Virus record (IMG/VR): IMGVR_UViG_3300032046_000023
Location: 1 to 63,380 of that record
Strand: one strand, 5' to 3'
DNA length: 63,380 bases
Origin: a virus
Taxonomy: Duplodnaviria; Caudoviricetes
The position numbers and the translations under genes are program-made. Shown here in pieces: positions 19,301-28,453 of the stretch. Under the pieces are notes generated by a model that was not told the DNA's origin, did no database searches, and saw nothing but the letters and a program-made list of their open reading frames with translations. Position 1 is the stretch's first letter. Each line of letters starts with the position of its first letter.

Positions 19301-19718
19301 CATATCTCTCGGGTAGTTCCCATACCCGGCAATGCAAGATCCGAAACTCGCCCGCATTGGCGATAATCTTCTCCACGAAATCCGGCGTAAATACGCAATC
19401 GATATCGACCATCATCACATATTGGCCGACGGCATATTTGATCCCGATATTCCGGGCTCGGCTGACATTCCAAGGTTTGCCGGTCAAGGTGTAAATATAT
19501 TTACAGTTCAGTTCGGAATGCCGCTCTACTGCTGCCCGATGAATATTCCTATACTCGGGTTCGCTGTCGATATCCGAAACGATAACCTCGAAACTGCCCA
19601 GTGCGGTTTGCCGGTCGAGACTGTCGAGAAAATCATCCACCCGTTTCAATTCACGGTGATAGGCCGATGTATTTTTGAGCGTAACGACAATACTCAATAT
19701 CGGATCGGCCCGGCTCAC
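16380..19718 (-). CDS. Five-domain fusion: GT2(GT7C-type) / GT-A / LicD phosphotransferase / cytidylyltransferase / GT-A
   Basis: GYDEQYELWGAEDTDF; ITTFLR..LPFDCG..DD; WLEAGTCLGAIRE..DPDIDIG (LicD); GVWDLFHIGH...GISTS (HxGH cytidylyltransferase); KTFMR..ADDG..DDD..VVNFFLAR. Confidence 0.88.
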   Translation of the reverse strand: MSRADPILSIVVTLKNTSAYHRELKRVDDFLDSLDRQTALGSFEVIVSDIDSEPEYRNIHRAAVERHSELNCKYIYTLTGKPWNVSRARNIGIKYAVGQYVMMVDIDCVFTPDFVEKIIANAGEFRILHCRVWELPERYAGRLDDYEAMKKVSTLRPAHGYGTCQVVSRAWAREVRGYDEQYELWGAEDTDFYIRAVHSGKVPVWIEDQTAYFHQWHSQGNRRENIVQLRKNRERLEKTKTGVLPIKRNPDEQQLRQGLPILFSDTCILITTFLRDDCLIRCIESIRRYYPDIKIYVGDNGRPTDKKRIFCRHHNCEYLELPFDCGVSETRNKSFKQISPDYKYVAVIEDDIIFTDGTALETWRQILDDQPDIGIIGGLLRLETGKEQHYEADVSIEGDTHYIRRVTEPVWEKTKSGKRFFLCDMVLNIFMMRRKVWFDCPWDGRFKAVFEHSDFFLSLKMKTHWKVAYYPDVWMIHAGDEENAEFKKYRNRKVGWHLFGQKWKVDWSWSDWNPINPVKMKGEMSLDNLEKDTVLDKAVIILEHNKVKWWLEAGTCLGAIRENDFIEGDPDIDIGIAPENLSAWDDLEKDFIEAGFILYKEWTWKGKRIELSFKAGDIKIDLFFFYEKGDWYWHGAFGPDKTTRLYTNFLPHAFTKSLFTNLQEFFFHDHRCFVPSPPEQYLFERYGPEWERRNPIYRYWTDCRAVDYNLFKRSKPVFIGGVWDLFHIGHLNILERCRKLGTKLIVGVLTDDAAERYKPKPIIPFEQRRRIIESLKIADLVIEQNDTDPTKDLEKHKIIPAYLVHGTDWKICPGENYVRTGGGKVVFLPYTDGISTSRIKNMILGRETIDLTGKGMGRTGKTVAVCIKTFMRDAPLQKTIAAVEKFCPFPYRLYIADDGRISDKKEHIYQQLEKAGHMIFRLPFNCGISIGRNTMVKQVEEDYLLLMDDDIELMDKDSMRHMKEVLEKTSDVGITAGVLYKPNGEYFANEGYARGLELVRENGVLFRYAAKQTLKSADGILFVYADQVVNFFLARREVFGDIHWDPRIRIEYEHMDFFLNLKKTKWRAAVCLEAKAVHQITINDPEYNEYRHSAPRDYFMSKHGLVNIINKF

Positions 19719-20495
19719 TTAACTTTCCGCGAGAATTTCTTTGATGAACGGCTCATTAAAAAGTGCCGCCGTCCTGTTTATATGTATCGTCTTTCGATCA
19801 TCGGGGATATCATAATAGCATTCCCATTTCCATTCGTTGTCCCCGCATAATCGGAGCCGGGAGCCGTAGTTGTGATGATAGATCGTCGGCTTATCGTTTA
19901 TCCAAAGTTCACAGGCATAATCCCCTTGCCGAACGGCCATATCATAAATAAGTTGGCCTCGGTTTAATTTTTCAACATCATATCCCAGGTCGATAATATC
20001 CCAATATGTTTTTTGCGCCGTATCGGTTGATCGTGGAATACCCTTGAGATACCGAAAAGACAACCCGTGTTCTAAAATAAACGCCTTCTCATAAAAGAAT
20101 ATCGGGGGATGAACGGGCCGCCCCATGCCGATAGGTCCGGCCTTACAGAGCAGACGCGTCTTGGGATTTCGGCAATAGAGACTAATAATGTCTTTCTCCC
20201 ATCCCGTTCGTTGAAAATGGGCGTCCGAATCCATGAAACAAATATACTTCCCCAGTGCCGATTCCGTCCCTTGATCCATAGACCTGCCGTGTGAATCCGG
20301 GGTATGCGGATTTTCGATGAGACGGATATCTTTTTGCTCTCGTAACCAAGTAAGACATTCCGGTTCGGATCCGTTATCAATTACTATAAGTTCATACCGT
20401 ATGGCGGTAAACCGCCGAACGGATTTAATAAACAATTCGGCCCACGGAAGTGAGTTATACATTGCCGTGATGACGCTAAGGACGGGAACGGTCAT
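19719..20495 (-). CDS. GT2-family glycosyltransferase
   Basis: LIVIDNGS, CFMDSD (DxD); paralogue of the neighbouring GT2. Confidence 0.85.
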   Translation of the reverse strand: MTVPVLSVITAMYNSLPWAELFIKSVRRFTAIRYELIVIDNGSEPECLTWLREQKDIRLIENPHTPDSHGRSMDQGTESALGKYICFMDSDAHFQRTGWEKDIISLYCRNPKTRLLCKAGPIGMGRPVHPPIFFYEKAFILEHGLSFRYLKGIPRSTDTAQKTYWDIIDLGYDVEKLNRGQLIYDMAVRQGDYACELWINDKPTIYHHNYGSRLRLCGDNEWKWECYYDIPDDRKTIHINRTAALFNEPFIKEILAES

Positions 20496-21247
20496 CCTTT
20501 CTCCAGAATTTCTTTAATCAACGGTTCGGAGAAAAATAGAGACTTGCGTTTTAAATGTTCATCAAGTGTTTTCCCATCCAACATTAACTTTGTTTGCGCG
20601 GGATTATTTTCTTGAAATCGCGTCCCCCACCAGAAATGCGCAATTGTAGGTTTTCCACCTATCCAAATTTCCTCATGGTAAGCGGCGCATTGATAAATCC
20701 GGGTTCCTTTATTAAGCCGGACAACCTCATAACCAAGTGCCAGGATATCCCAGTAGGCCTGTTGCGCGGTATCGGTCTGAGTCGGAACGGCGGGGCTCGG
20801 TTGATACCGCCACGAGATATTGTGTTCGAGAATGAAATCCCGTTCGAAAAACCACAGGGGCGGGTGGAGCGGTTTTTCCACCGGGCCGACGCAGCCGATA
20901 AGTCGCGTCCGATCATTTTCATGATATAACGCAATCAGGTCTTGCGCCCACCCGGGTCGTTGAACATGAGCATCGCTGTCTAAGATACAAACATGGCGAC
21001 TCTTCGCCGTCTTCGTTCCCAAGTCCATTGCGCCGCCGTGATGAAGATCGCCCGTCGGCAATTCAATCAGATTAATATCTCGTTGATCCTTGATCCATTT
21101 TTTATTAACTTCAAGTGAATCGTTGTCGATGATGATAATTTCATAGGCGATATCCGTCGTGAACCGCCGGATACTTTTGACGAATAGTTCTATCCAATCC
21201 GGCGTATTCCGATGTGCCGTAACGATAGTAATAATAGGATTATCCAT
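20492..21247 (-). CDS. GT2-family glycosyltransferase
   Basis: IIIIDNDS, CILDSD; shares HPP.FFE..FILEH and TDTAQ.YWDI with 19719..20495. Confidence 0.85.
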   Translation of the reverse strand: MDNPIITIVTAHRNTPDWIELFVKSIRRFTTDIAYEIIIIDNDSLEVNKKWIKDQRDINLIELPTGDLHHGGAMDLGTKTAKSRHVCILDSDAHVQRPGWAQDLIALYHENDRTRLIGCVGPVEKPLHPPLWFFERDFILEHNISWRYQPSPAVPTQTDTAQQAYWDILALGYEVVRLNKGTRIYQCAAYHEEIWIGGKPTIAHFWWGTRFQENNPAQTKLMLDGKTLDEHLKRKSLFFSEPLIKEILEKG

Positions 21248-22004
21248 TTTCCGTTCTCAATATCGCTAAATGACGACGGACTTCCTCCCATCTGGGTTGT
21301 ATTTCGGGGTTCTTCCCGCGCGTGGAGATTCCCCCAAAATGTTTTACCTTTGTCCAAAAGTAATCCTTGGGAAGCGGTTTAACCATAAATCCCCATTTGT
21401 TCTCGAATAACATTTTTTCCGTGAACCGCCAGCATGTATCCAGGTTCACCGTACCGTTGAATCCTTCGGGCGGTTTGAATTCGTTAAAAATGTGTCGATA
21501 CTTATACTGCTCGACCGGTATTGATTTTTGTTGCCAGTCGTGCGGCTCCTCGATTTGTCGGTAGAGCGGCATATTAAGCAGGATAACTTCCGGTCCCCAT
21601 ATCGGAGCATACCAGGTATTGCAATGCGGCTTAGGTCCGAAATAACGGGCTGCGGCGATATCCTTGGTCTTGTCCTGAATCAATCGGAGCACGGCAGTAA
21701 GCCAATCCGGGCATATTATTTCAATGTCGCTTTCGATATGGACGACGAATTCCGTTTCTACGCGGTTTAAAAGTTGGCTCATGCTCAAGCCGGGAGCGCG
21801 TGTATAACCGTCATTCTCGATCAACTTGATATGGCCCGCGTCTCTTTGCTTTCGAAGATATTCCCGGTCCCGTCCGTCACCCAAATTATCATAGACCAGG
21901 ATTTCATAATCCACTCCGGTCGTTCTAGCCCGGACGGATTCTATGCAGAGCTGGATAGCTTCATGGCCTTGGAAGTTGGGTATCACGATTGATATTGGAT
22001 TCAT
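21240..22004 (-). CDS. GT2-family glycosyltransferase
   Basis: SIVIPNF, ILVYDN, IESD. Confidence 0.8.
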   Translation of the reverse strand: MNPISIVIPNFQGHEAIQLCIESVRARTTGVDYEILVYDNLGDGRDREYLRKQRDAGHIKLIENDGYTRAPGLSMSQLLNRVETEFVVHIESDIEIICPDWLTAVLRLIQDKTKDIAAARYFGPKPHCNTWYAPIWGPEVILLNMPLYRQIEEPHDWQQKSIPVEQYKYRHIFNEFKPPEGFNGTVNLDTCWRFTEKMLFENKWGFMVKPLPKDYFWTKVKHFGGISTRGKNPEIQPRWEEVRRHLAILRTENG

Positions 22005-22591
22005 CGTTTAATCAATAATCCCGTTCCGTATTGATAACGAAAGCAGGGATCTTCCGGGCCGACATGAGAATAGAAAGTTATGAATTCGTATTTCTCTTTT
22101 TCCTTATCAAATAAGTTCTGCCAAAATAATTTAGTTCCATCCGGGTGGGCCGGAGTGGTCAGGATGGGATGAAGGATAATGATATCTTTGACCAATGGTT
22201 CATAGATTTTAAAATAACTTGAGACCGCGCCGTAACTTTGCCCTGCGTCGAGAAACAGGAGATTAATTCCTCCGTCTGCCAACCTTTCGCAAAGCGCATT
22301 GAAAGCCTCTATTCGCAAAGCATCGCCCAAAATATCCGGCCGACTGTACTTATCGGCGATATCAATCCCGATATGTTCCGCTCCCAAATAGTCCCGATAA
22401 AACCGTTTTTGCAGATTCGACTGGATTCCGATTTCGACGACGACGGGATGATCTATTCCCCGGTTGCCGAAATAACTTTGTAAGAATTCAAACAGGTGAA
22501 GCCATTCCCCCCGCGACTGGACGGGCCAAGGCAGGCGAAAGAATTTGTCGATATCTATCATTTGGTATATTCCCATGCCTGTTTGAAACAA
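22001..22591 (-). CDS. SAM methyltransferase (Methyltransf_24-like), divergent paralogue
   Basis: VVEIG, LLFLDAGQSY; parallels the neighbouring gene. Confidence 0.7.
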   Translation of the reverse strand: MFQTGMGIYQMIDIDKFFRLPWPVQSRGEWLHLFEFLQSYFGNRGIDHPVVVEIGIQSNLQKRFYRDYLGAEHIGIDIADKYSRPDILGDALRIEAFNALCERLADGGINLLFLDAGQSYGAVSSYFKIYEPLVKDIIILHPILTTPAHPDGTKLFWQNLFDKEKEKYEFITFYSHVGPEDPCFRYQYGTGLLIKR

Positions 22592-23142
22592 AATACGGAT
22601 CGTCCGTCGGGATCATATTTAACCATAACGCCGATCCCGCACAAGAATTGTGATTTCTCGGTAGCCTCGAAGTCCATAAACTCATAATTAGGGTTGGCCG
22701 GCCGGAGTTCCGCCCAAAACTGTTTCACGTCGGGTACTACAAAAATATCATGGAAGGCTATGATATGTTTGGTCATTTGACCAAAGATTTCATAATCCTG
22801 TTTGACGCCCTCATAAGAATGGTCCCCGTCGATGAATAACAGGTCTATCGGTCTGCCCTTGAGCATTTCTACAAGTTTATTTATCGTAGTCGGAGAATAA
22901 CTATCTCCCAAGATATCCGGCTCACTAAATTGATTGCGATTATCGATTCCAATATGAGTCGCGCTTAGAAACTGCTCGTAAAATTTCTTTTGGGCATTGG
23001 TATTCACGCCGATTTCCACAACTAATGGATTTTGGATACCGTAACCGCTAAAATACGCCTGACAGAAATTAAGAAAAGTCAACCATTCATAATATGCCTG
23101 GACGGGTTGGGGCATTGCCGCAAATTGTGTTGGGTCGATCAT
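22558..23142 (-). CDS. SAM methyltransferase (Methyltransf_24-like)
   Basis: VVEIG, LFIDGDHSYEGVKQDY, IAFHD. Confidence 0.88.
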   Translation of the reverse strand: MIDPTQFAAMPQPVQAYYEWLTFLNFCQAYFSGYGIQNPLVVEIGVNTNAQKKFYEQFLSATHIGIDNRNQFSEPDILGDSYSPTTINKLVEMLKGRPIDLLFIDGDHSYEGVKQDYEIFGQMTKHIIAFHDIFVVPDVKQFWAELRPANPNYEFMDFEATEKSQFLCGIGVMVKYDPDGRSVFCFKQAWEYTK

Positions 23143-23375
23143 AAAATTATCAGTCCTAAAAATGTGCCGACGCCCGTCCCGACAGCATAGGCAATCACCA
23201 GCCGTTTATTCCAGTTCACGATTATGCGATTGAAGATGATGAAGCTGACTAAAGTAATGACCGCGCCGAGGATGGAAGCCGGGAATACAAGCCTGGATGA
23301 AATGCAGCGATAGTAGAGGGTGATGATCAAATCTATCACCATTCCCAGACTTAGATAGAGTGCCGCCCTTTTCAT
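23139..23375 (-). CDS. Small membrane protein with about 3 TM segments
   Basis: Hydrophobic; YAVGTGVGTFLG. Confidence 0.6.
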   Translation of the reverse strand: MKRAALYLSLGMVIDLIITLYYRCISSRLVFPASILGAVITLVSFIIFNRIIVNWNKRLVIAYAVGTGVGTFLGLIIL

Positions 23376-23398
23376 GCTTGCCCCTCAATGGAGGATCG

Positions 23399-24523
23399 TC
23401 ATTGTCCATGCTTATTTTCCCATTCCCCAATCTTGTCCATAATATATTGCCTGTCTTCCCTACTTAACCACCAGCCGACCGGCAGGGCGCACTGACGGGA
23501 AGAAAATTCATCGACTCCCCTTAACGGCTCCTCCGGTTTGTATGCGGCAAAGCAGGAATGGACATCGTTTCGTTTATGAACCTGGCTCACCTGGATTCCC
23601 CGCTCGTTCATAAAGGCAACGAAGCCGTCTCTGTTATCGCATTTCACGACGTAAAGCCAATACGAACTCCAGCGCGAATCATCATACTCAAGCGGCTTAA
23701 CCGATTTAATCTCTCTTTCTTTAAATTGGGTATCGTAATAGACGGCATTTTCTCTACTACGCTGGATTAGGCCGTCAACGTATTTGAGTTGTTCAATGCC
23801 GATGCAGGCTGAGACATCGTGCATATTAAATTTATATCCCCAGGATTCAATGTCATTCTCGCAACGGAAGTCCTTGCGGTTTTTGTCCTCACGCGAAATT
23901 CCATACCACCTAAGCAACTTGCCCCGCCTGTAATCCTCTTCGTTGGAACAGCAAAGTAAACCGCCGTCGACGGTCGTTAAATGTTTAATGGCCTGGAATG
24001 AGAAGCAAGTGAAGTCTCCGCCCTGCCCAATGGGTATTCCCCGGTACTCTGCTCCGAAAGCATGCGCCGCGTCTTCAATTACCCGAAGATTGAAAGCCCC
24101 GGCGATGTGTCGGATTTCATCCATGTCGCATGGATAACCGCCGTAGTGAACCGGTATAATAACCTTTGTATCCGTACTCATATTGCTGATGATACTATCC
24201 GGGTCGATATTGCCCGTCTTGGGATTAATGTCCGCCCATACGATTTTAGCCCCGGTTGCTAGGACCGGCATATTCGAGGCCGTGCAAGTCATGGCGGTGC
24301 ACATCACCTCATCCCCCGGTCCCACGTCGGCCAACCGCAAAGCGAGCTGGATTGCCGAAGTGCCTGAATTTGTAGTTAAAATATATGGATTAGCAAGTTT
24401 AACTTTAAGTTGTGCCTCAAATTCCTCGACCTTCGGACCCTGACCGATGAATCCGCCGTGGAGAACATCGAGGAGCGGCTTGTCTACGGATTCGGGAAGG
24501 TGGACCTTGAAAAGTGGAATCAT
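23399..24523 (-). CDS. DegT/DnrJ/EryC1/StrS PLP-dependent sugar aminotransferase
   Basis: NSGTSA, VHYGG.PCD, EDAAHAFGA, SFQAIKHLTTVDGG (PLP lysine). Confidence 0.93.
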   Translation of the reverse strand: MIPLFKVHLPESVDKPLLDVLHGGFIGQGPKVEEFEAQLKVKLANPYILTTNSGTSAIQLALRLADVGPGDEVMCTAMTCTASNMPVLATGAKIVWADINPKTGNIDPDSIISNMSTDTKVIIPVHYGGYPCDMDEIRHIAGAFNLRVIEDAAHAFGAEYRGIPIGQGGDFTCFSFQAIKHLTTVDGGLLCCSNEEDYRRGKLLRWYGISREDKNRKDFRCENDIESWGYKFNMHDVSACIGIEQLKYVDGLIQRSRENAVYYDTQFKEREIKSVKPLEYDDSRWSSYWLYVVKCDNRDGFVAFMNERGIQVSQVHKRNDVHSCFAAYKPEEPLRGVDEFSSRQCALPVGWWLSREDRQYIMDKIGEWENKHGQ

Positions 24524-24990
24524 TTAAAACCAAGTGCCTCATATTCACCCAAACATTTGGCAATCTCTTTCTCAATCTCACCTTCGTATGAAAAATAACT
24601 ATTGAAAAGATAATGCCTAGCCATTTGATGATATTTGCGGCCAAGTTTATCAGTACCGATGAATCCGAATTCTATACGAGGACCATATTTTACATTTGTA
24701 CCGACGACTACTGTTAAACCATCTTTTCCTTCCGGTTGACTAAGGCCATCTCCCGGTTTAGCCGGAGAATTAATTTTGCCTTCAGACATACCACTTCCAG
24801 ACCAGTTGGTATTAATACTTCCTTTTAATCGACCACTTTTGACAGGACAAACTAACTTAGCCTGTGTTTCAATTTTGAATCCACCGCGTTTTAATATATC
24901 GGAACAGGCTTTTATTTTTATAGTTTGCCACTTTTTTAGTTTGGCCAATAATTCTGGAATGCCAACAACCTTTGCTTCTACGTCTCCCAT
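24520..24990 (-). CDS. HK97 gp10-like neck protein (start at MGDVEA)
   Basis: AK..CPVKSGRLKGSI...VGTNVKYGPRIEFG. Confidence 0.85.
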   Translation of the reverse strand: MGDVEAKVVGIPELLAKLKKWQTIKIKACSDILKRGGFKIETQAKLVCPVKSGRLKGSINTNWSGSGMSEGKINSPAKPGDGLSQPEGKDGLTVVVGTNVKYGPRIEFGFIGTDKLGRKYHQMARHYLFNSYFSYEGEIEKEIAKCLGEYEALGFK

Positions 24991-25325
24991 TATGGTCTTC
25001 CTATCTCGACCACGGCAAGTTTCTGATAATTGTTCTGCCTGTCCCAGTCCTGTATCATCTTGATTTCGTAGGCCGTCGTGCCGGAATAGACCCGATCCCC
25101 TTCTCGGATATCGGACAGGTATTCGATGAAAACATAGAAGTTGGCCCATACGCTGAGTTTGTCATGTAAATAATTCGCCTCCCTTGAAGACAAGGCATTG
25201 AATCTGCATTTAACCCCGCTATGCAACGCGGCCCATGTCGTCGTACCGGCCGCGCCGGAGGCCGGGGCGGTATCCGTCCGCCGTTTTATATCTATCGTCG
25301 TGTTAAGCAAATTACGCAGGCTCAT
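24990..25325 (-). CDS. Head closure (stopper) protein
   Basis: DIREGDRV...YEIK; position after the connector gene. Confidence 0.75.
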   Translation of the reverse strand: MSLRNLLNTTIDIKRRTDTAPASGAAGTTTWAALHSGVKCRFNALSSREANYLHDKLSVWANFYVFIEYLSDIREGDRVYSGTTAYEIKMIQDWDRQNNYQKLAVVEIGRP

Positions 25326-25759
25326 TATTCTTGTCCGTTCTAATCCAGGTATTATTTGACGGCAATTTGTCCCCGCAATAGGGACAATGTTCTAAAATAT
25401 CGATCATGCCGCATAATCTTTTAAGCCGCCGCCGCCCTTTCCCTTCGTTACAAATTACAATTACATAGGCATCATAAAAATCGTCATATGCGATATAGCC
25501 GTTTAAAATTGCATCCAAAAATGGGGTATAAATTTCATCGTCCTCGGGGTCTTTAAATTGACAATTATGTTTCATCAGTTTCCTTTGCTTCACGGACTTC
25601 ATAATCCTTGCAATCGATGACGCACCCGCTGTCCCGATTTTCTGCTTTTGCCTTCTCTACAATCGCCGTCATCCATTTTGAACACGCTACCAGGTCTTCC
25701 AGAAAACACCAACTCACATATTTAGGATCGTTTCCGCTCCGGTATTCGACGATGACCAT
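25312..25759 (-). CDS. Two small inserted hypothetical ORFs (25312..25602, 25565..25759)
   Basis: Coupled ORFs between connector and stopper genes; CPYC in one. Confidence 0.5.
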
Positions 25760-26613
25760 TAGATTAGAATCCTACGGAAGAGGTTGATCTCCTCGATTAG
25801 ATCGGGGGGTAAGGCGTTTTTAAAATCGGCGGTTGTATATCCATAGTCGCCCAAATTCTCCGAGCGCAAAGTAGGATCTTGTTTTGATTTATGGTATTTA
25901 TAGGCCGCCAAGGTTAGGCAGGCATCCTCTAGGGCATATGGAACGCTTGTCACTCCGCCGGTATAATCGACAAATATTTCCGTTCCCGTCGGGAATCCCG
26001 CCGAGTAATAAATTATCCCCGCATTCCTGGCTTCGCTGGGATTCAAAAGGTGGTAATCGTTTAATTCATCATCAGGCATTTCCGCGTAGGCGAGCTCGGG
26101 CGATTTGCAGGATAGACCGGGTCGGATTAAAAGCTCGCTGGATTTCTTCGCCCCTATGGTTGAGTCCGAAATCGTGGCCGTCCATCCTAAACCCGCCACG
26201 GCATTGATGGCATTTTTAAGTAAAGTGATCGTGGCATAACCGGCAAAGGTAAGTGCCGGTGTCGTCACTTCTGTTCCATCGGCATTCAGCGTCACCCCGG
26301 TAGCCGTGACTTCAAACGTGGCCCAAGTTGTCGCCCCCGTATTCGTAACGGAAAAGGCATTTGTCCGGCCTATTGAGATTCGACTTACTTTGGTGACGGG
26401 GTACTGGTCCAACTCAAGATACTGAGAACCGTTGCCCCAGTAAATTTCCTTCGTATAACTTCGCGTTTTGAGTTTGCGATTGCAGTATCGCTCGATATAA
26501 TCCGTTGCCCTATCCAGGTATCGTTCAAGCAGGTTGTCTTCATCGTCACCCGTTATGACTAGGTATTCCTTCAGGGCCGCCCTGGTCGCCAAAGCATAAG
26601 TATCAAGACTCAT
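25759..26613 (-). CDS. Head-tail connector (HK97 gp6 / SPP1 gp15-like) with an internal insertion domain
   Basis: LKEYL...D.LL..Y...A..YIERYCNR and Y.GG...VP.AL..A...SENLGDYGY. Confidence 0.85.
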   Translation of the reverse strand: MSLDTYALATRAALKEYLVITGDDEDNLLERYLDRATDYIERYCNRKLKTRSYTKEIYWGNGSQYLELDQYPVTKVSRISIGRTNAFSVTNTGATTWATFEVTATGVTLNADGTEVTTPALTFAGYATITLLKNAINAVAGLGWTATISDSTIGAKKSSELLIRPGLSCKSPELAYAEMPDDELNDYHLLNPSEARNAGIIYYSAGFPTGTEIFVDYTGGVTSVPYALEDACLTLAAYKYHKSKQDPTLRSENLGDYGYTTADFKNALPPDLIEEINLFRRILI

Positions 26614-26896
26614 CTTGCACCACCTTTACACAGTAGACATCCTCGAAAATATAAAGTGCCGAAGTCGTGACCTTGAAAACAACGTGATATTCCGAACCTG
26701 CCGTTCCCCCGCTCACGACCTGAGAGACGGTATCCGTTCCTATCACGGCGGCACTGCCTTCCGGAGTTAAGCCGGTATCGACCGTCGCCGTGACGGAATC
26801 GATATGCTCACCGGTTGCGATGTCCGGCGTGGTATATTTAAATCCGATGGCAAATTTCTCATTCGGACGTTTTTCGATAATTGCAGTTGTAGACAT
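26603..26896 (-). CDS. Small virion adaptor / fibre-associated protein
   Basis: KRP.E...GE.I.SV...VSGGTAG.Y.V.F..TTS pattern. Confidence 0.6.
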   Translation of the reverse strand: MSTTAIIEKRPNEKFAIGFKYTTPDIATGEHIDSVTATVDTGLTPEGSAAVIGTDTVSQVVSGGTAGSEYHVVFKVTTSALYIFEDVYCVKVVQDES

Positions 26897-26926
26897 TTTT
26901 ACCCCGATTTGATAAGCCGCGAAAAT

Positions 26927-28438
26927 TTAGGTACGGCCCGAAGATTGGATTCGATCCCTAGCCGTGGTCGCCTGAATTCGGTCCCTGGCATTAGCCGATT
27001 GGATACGGGTCCGGCCTATGGCACTATGAATGACCGGCCAAGTCGCCTGGATCATCCCGAGTACGGCGGCGTCGGAAAATTGTCCTTGATATCCTTCGGC
27101 GGCTATAAGCGAATGAGCCTGCGTTAAAACCGGCGAATCGGACGCCTGATCTTGAACGTTCTCTGCGGCAACGAGAAATATTCCGGTTATAGTTATAGTC
27201 GTTTCATCGGATACCTGTTCCTGGACTCCCTCGGCTGGTGCGAGTACATGAATTTGAGTCAGGGCAGGCACATCGGACGTCTGATCCTGGACGCCCTCCG
27301 CCGCCTCCAGGTTAATTCCGCCCACAACTAAAACAGGTTCATCGGATACTTGATCCTGTGCGCCTTCTTGAGCCGCCAGAACATGAGTTTGGGTCAGCGC
27401 CGGTGTATCCGATATTTGTTCCTGGTAATCTTCGGCGGGTACTAAAACATGGACCTGAGTGAGCGCGGGAGAGTCGGATACCTGTTCCTGAGCCCCTTCC
27501 TGGACGGCAAGTGCATGGGCTTGGGTGAGCGCGGGCGTATCGGATACTTGGACTTGTGCGCCTTCATCCGCCGTGAGTATATGGGCCTGTGTCAAAGCCG
27601 GGGAATCGGATACCTGGACTTGTACGTCTTCATCTACGGCTAAGACATGGACTTGGGTCAAGGCGGGGACATCTGAAATCTGTTCTTGAACACCCTCGGC
27701 TGGTGTGAGTATATGGAGTTGGGTTAAAGTCGGGGAGTCGGATAATTCCGTCTGCATCCCTTCTTCGGCGGCAAGAATATGCGCCTGCGTCAATACGGGA
27801 GAATCGCTGGCTTGCTCTTGCACCCCCTCTGCCGAAACTAAGGTATGGACTTGAGTCAATGCCGGGGCATCAGAGCCTTGAGTTTGTACTCCCTCGGCAG
27901 TGACAAGATTATGGACTTGGGTCAGCGCCGGGGTGTCCGCCGCCTGTTCCTGCATCCCCTCCGCCGGAACGAGATCAATGGCGCCGCCCGACTCCACATA
28001 GGCCCGTATCTGATATTGATTATTATTCGTCCCGTCCGGTGTCCCGTAGGGATTCGGCATTGAAGCATGAGATACGGCTTTCCAAGCATGGGAATCTGCC
28101 GCCTGACCGCTTAGATAATAATAAACATCACCGGAATCGGAGTTAAATGCCAACCAATAATAAAGGTCGGCAGTTACCGCCAAACTCAAACCTTGAATAA
28201 CGCACCATCCGGCGTCGACGGCAACCTCTCCGGCATCCAACAGCAATGCGCCCGGACTTCCCGAACTATCCGCATAAACTCCGAGCCGGACGTTCCCATA
28301 GCCGCTTTCTTGGCAATTTACTTCGAGTTTTGTAAGCGTTCCCGTTCCAACAGTATTTTGAAGCCTAAGCCCTTGGTTTACATTCGCGGAAGAACCGGCT
28401 TGGTTGTTATTTGTGAGAACGCCAAAATAGCCGCTCAT
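26927..28438 (-). CDS. Head/neck fibre-like protein with 14 x about 22-aa repeats
   Basis: N-terminal beta domain, then L.AEG.QEQ.SD.PALTQ.H repeats. Confidence 0.75.
   Translation of the reverse strand: MSGYFGVLTNNNQAGSSANVNQGLRLQNTVGTGTLTKLEVNCQESGYGNVRLGVYADSSGSPGALLLDAGEVAVDAGWCVIQGLSLAVTADLYYWLAFNSDSGDVYYYLSGQAADSHAWKAVSHASMPNPYGTPDGTNNNQYQIRAYVESGGAIDLVPAEGMQEQAADTPALTQVHNLVTAEGVQTQGSDAPALTQVHTLVSAEGVQEQASDSPVLTQAHILAAEEGMQTELSDSPTLTQLHILTPAEGVQEQISDVPALTQVHVLAVDEDVQVQVSDSPALTQAHILTADEGAQVQVSDTPALTQAHALAVQEGAQEQVSDSPALTQVHVLVPAEDYQEQISDTPALTQTHVLAAQEGAQDQVSDEPVLVVGGINLEAAEGVQDQTSDVPALTQIHVLAPAEGVQEQVSDETTITITGIFLVAAENVQDQASDSPVLTQAHSLIAAEGYQGQFSDAAVLGMIQATWPVIHSAIGRTRIQSANARDRIQATTARDRIQSSGRT
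27046..27976 (-). repeat. 66-bp coding tandem repeat, 14 units
   Basis: Counted from the translation. Confidence 0.85.
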
Positions 28439-28453
28439 TCCAAATAAATCCTT

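Noticed and set aside
16380-24523. Host LPS/capsule locus or serotype-conversion (gtrABC) cassette
   Set aside because: Genes are coupled to neck and tail genes on both sides; no flippase, polymerase, bactoprenol GT or multi-TM GT
27046-27976. Regularly spaced repeats as a possible CRISPR array
   Set aside because: Degenerate in-frame coding repeats with no unique spacers and no cas genes
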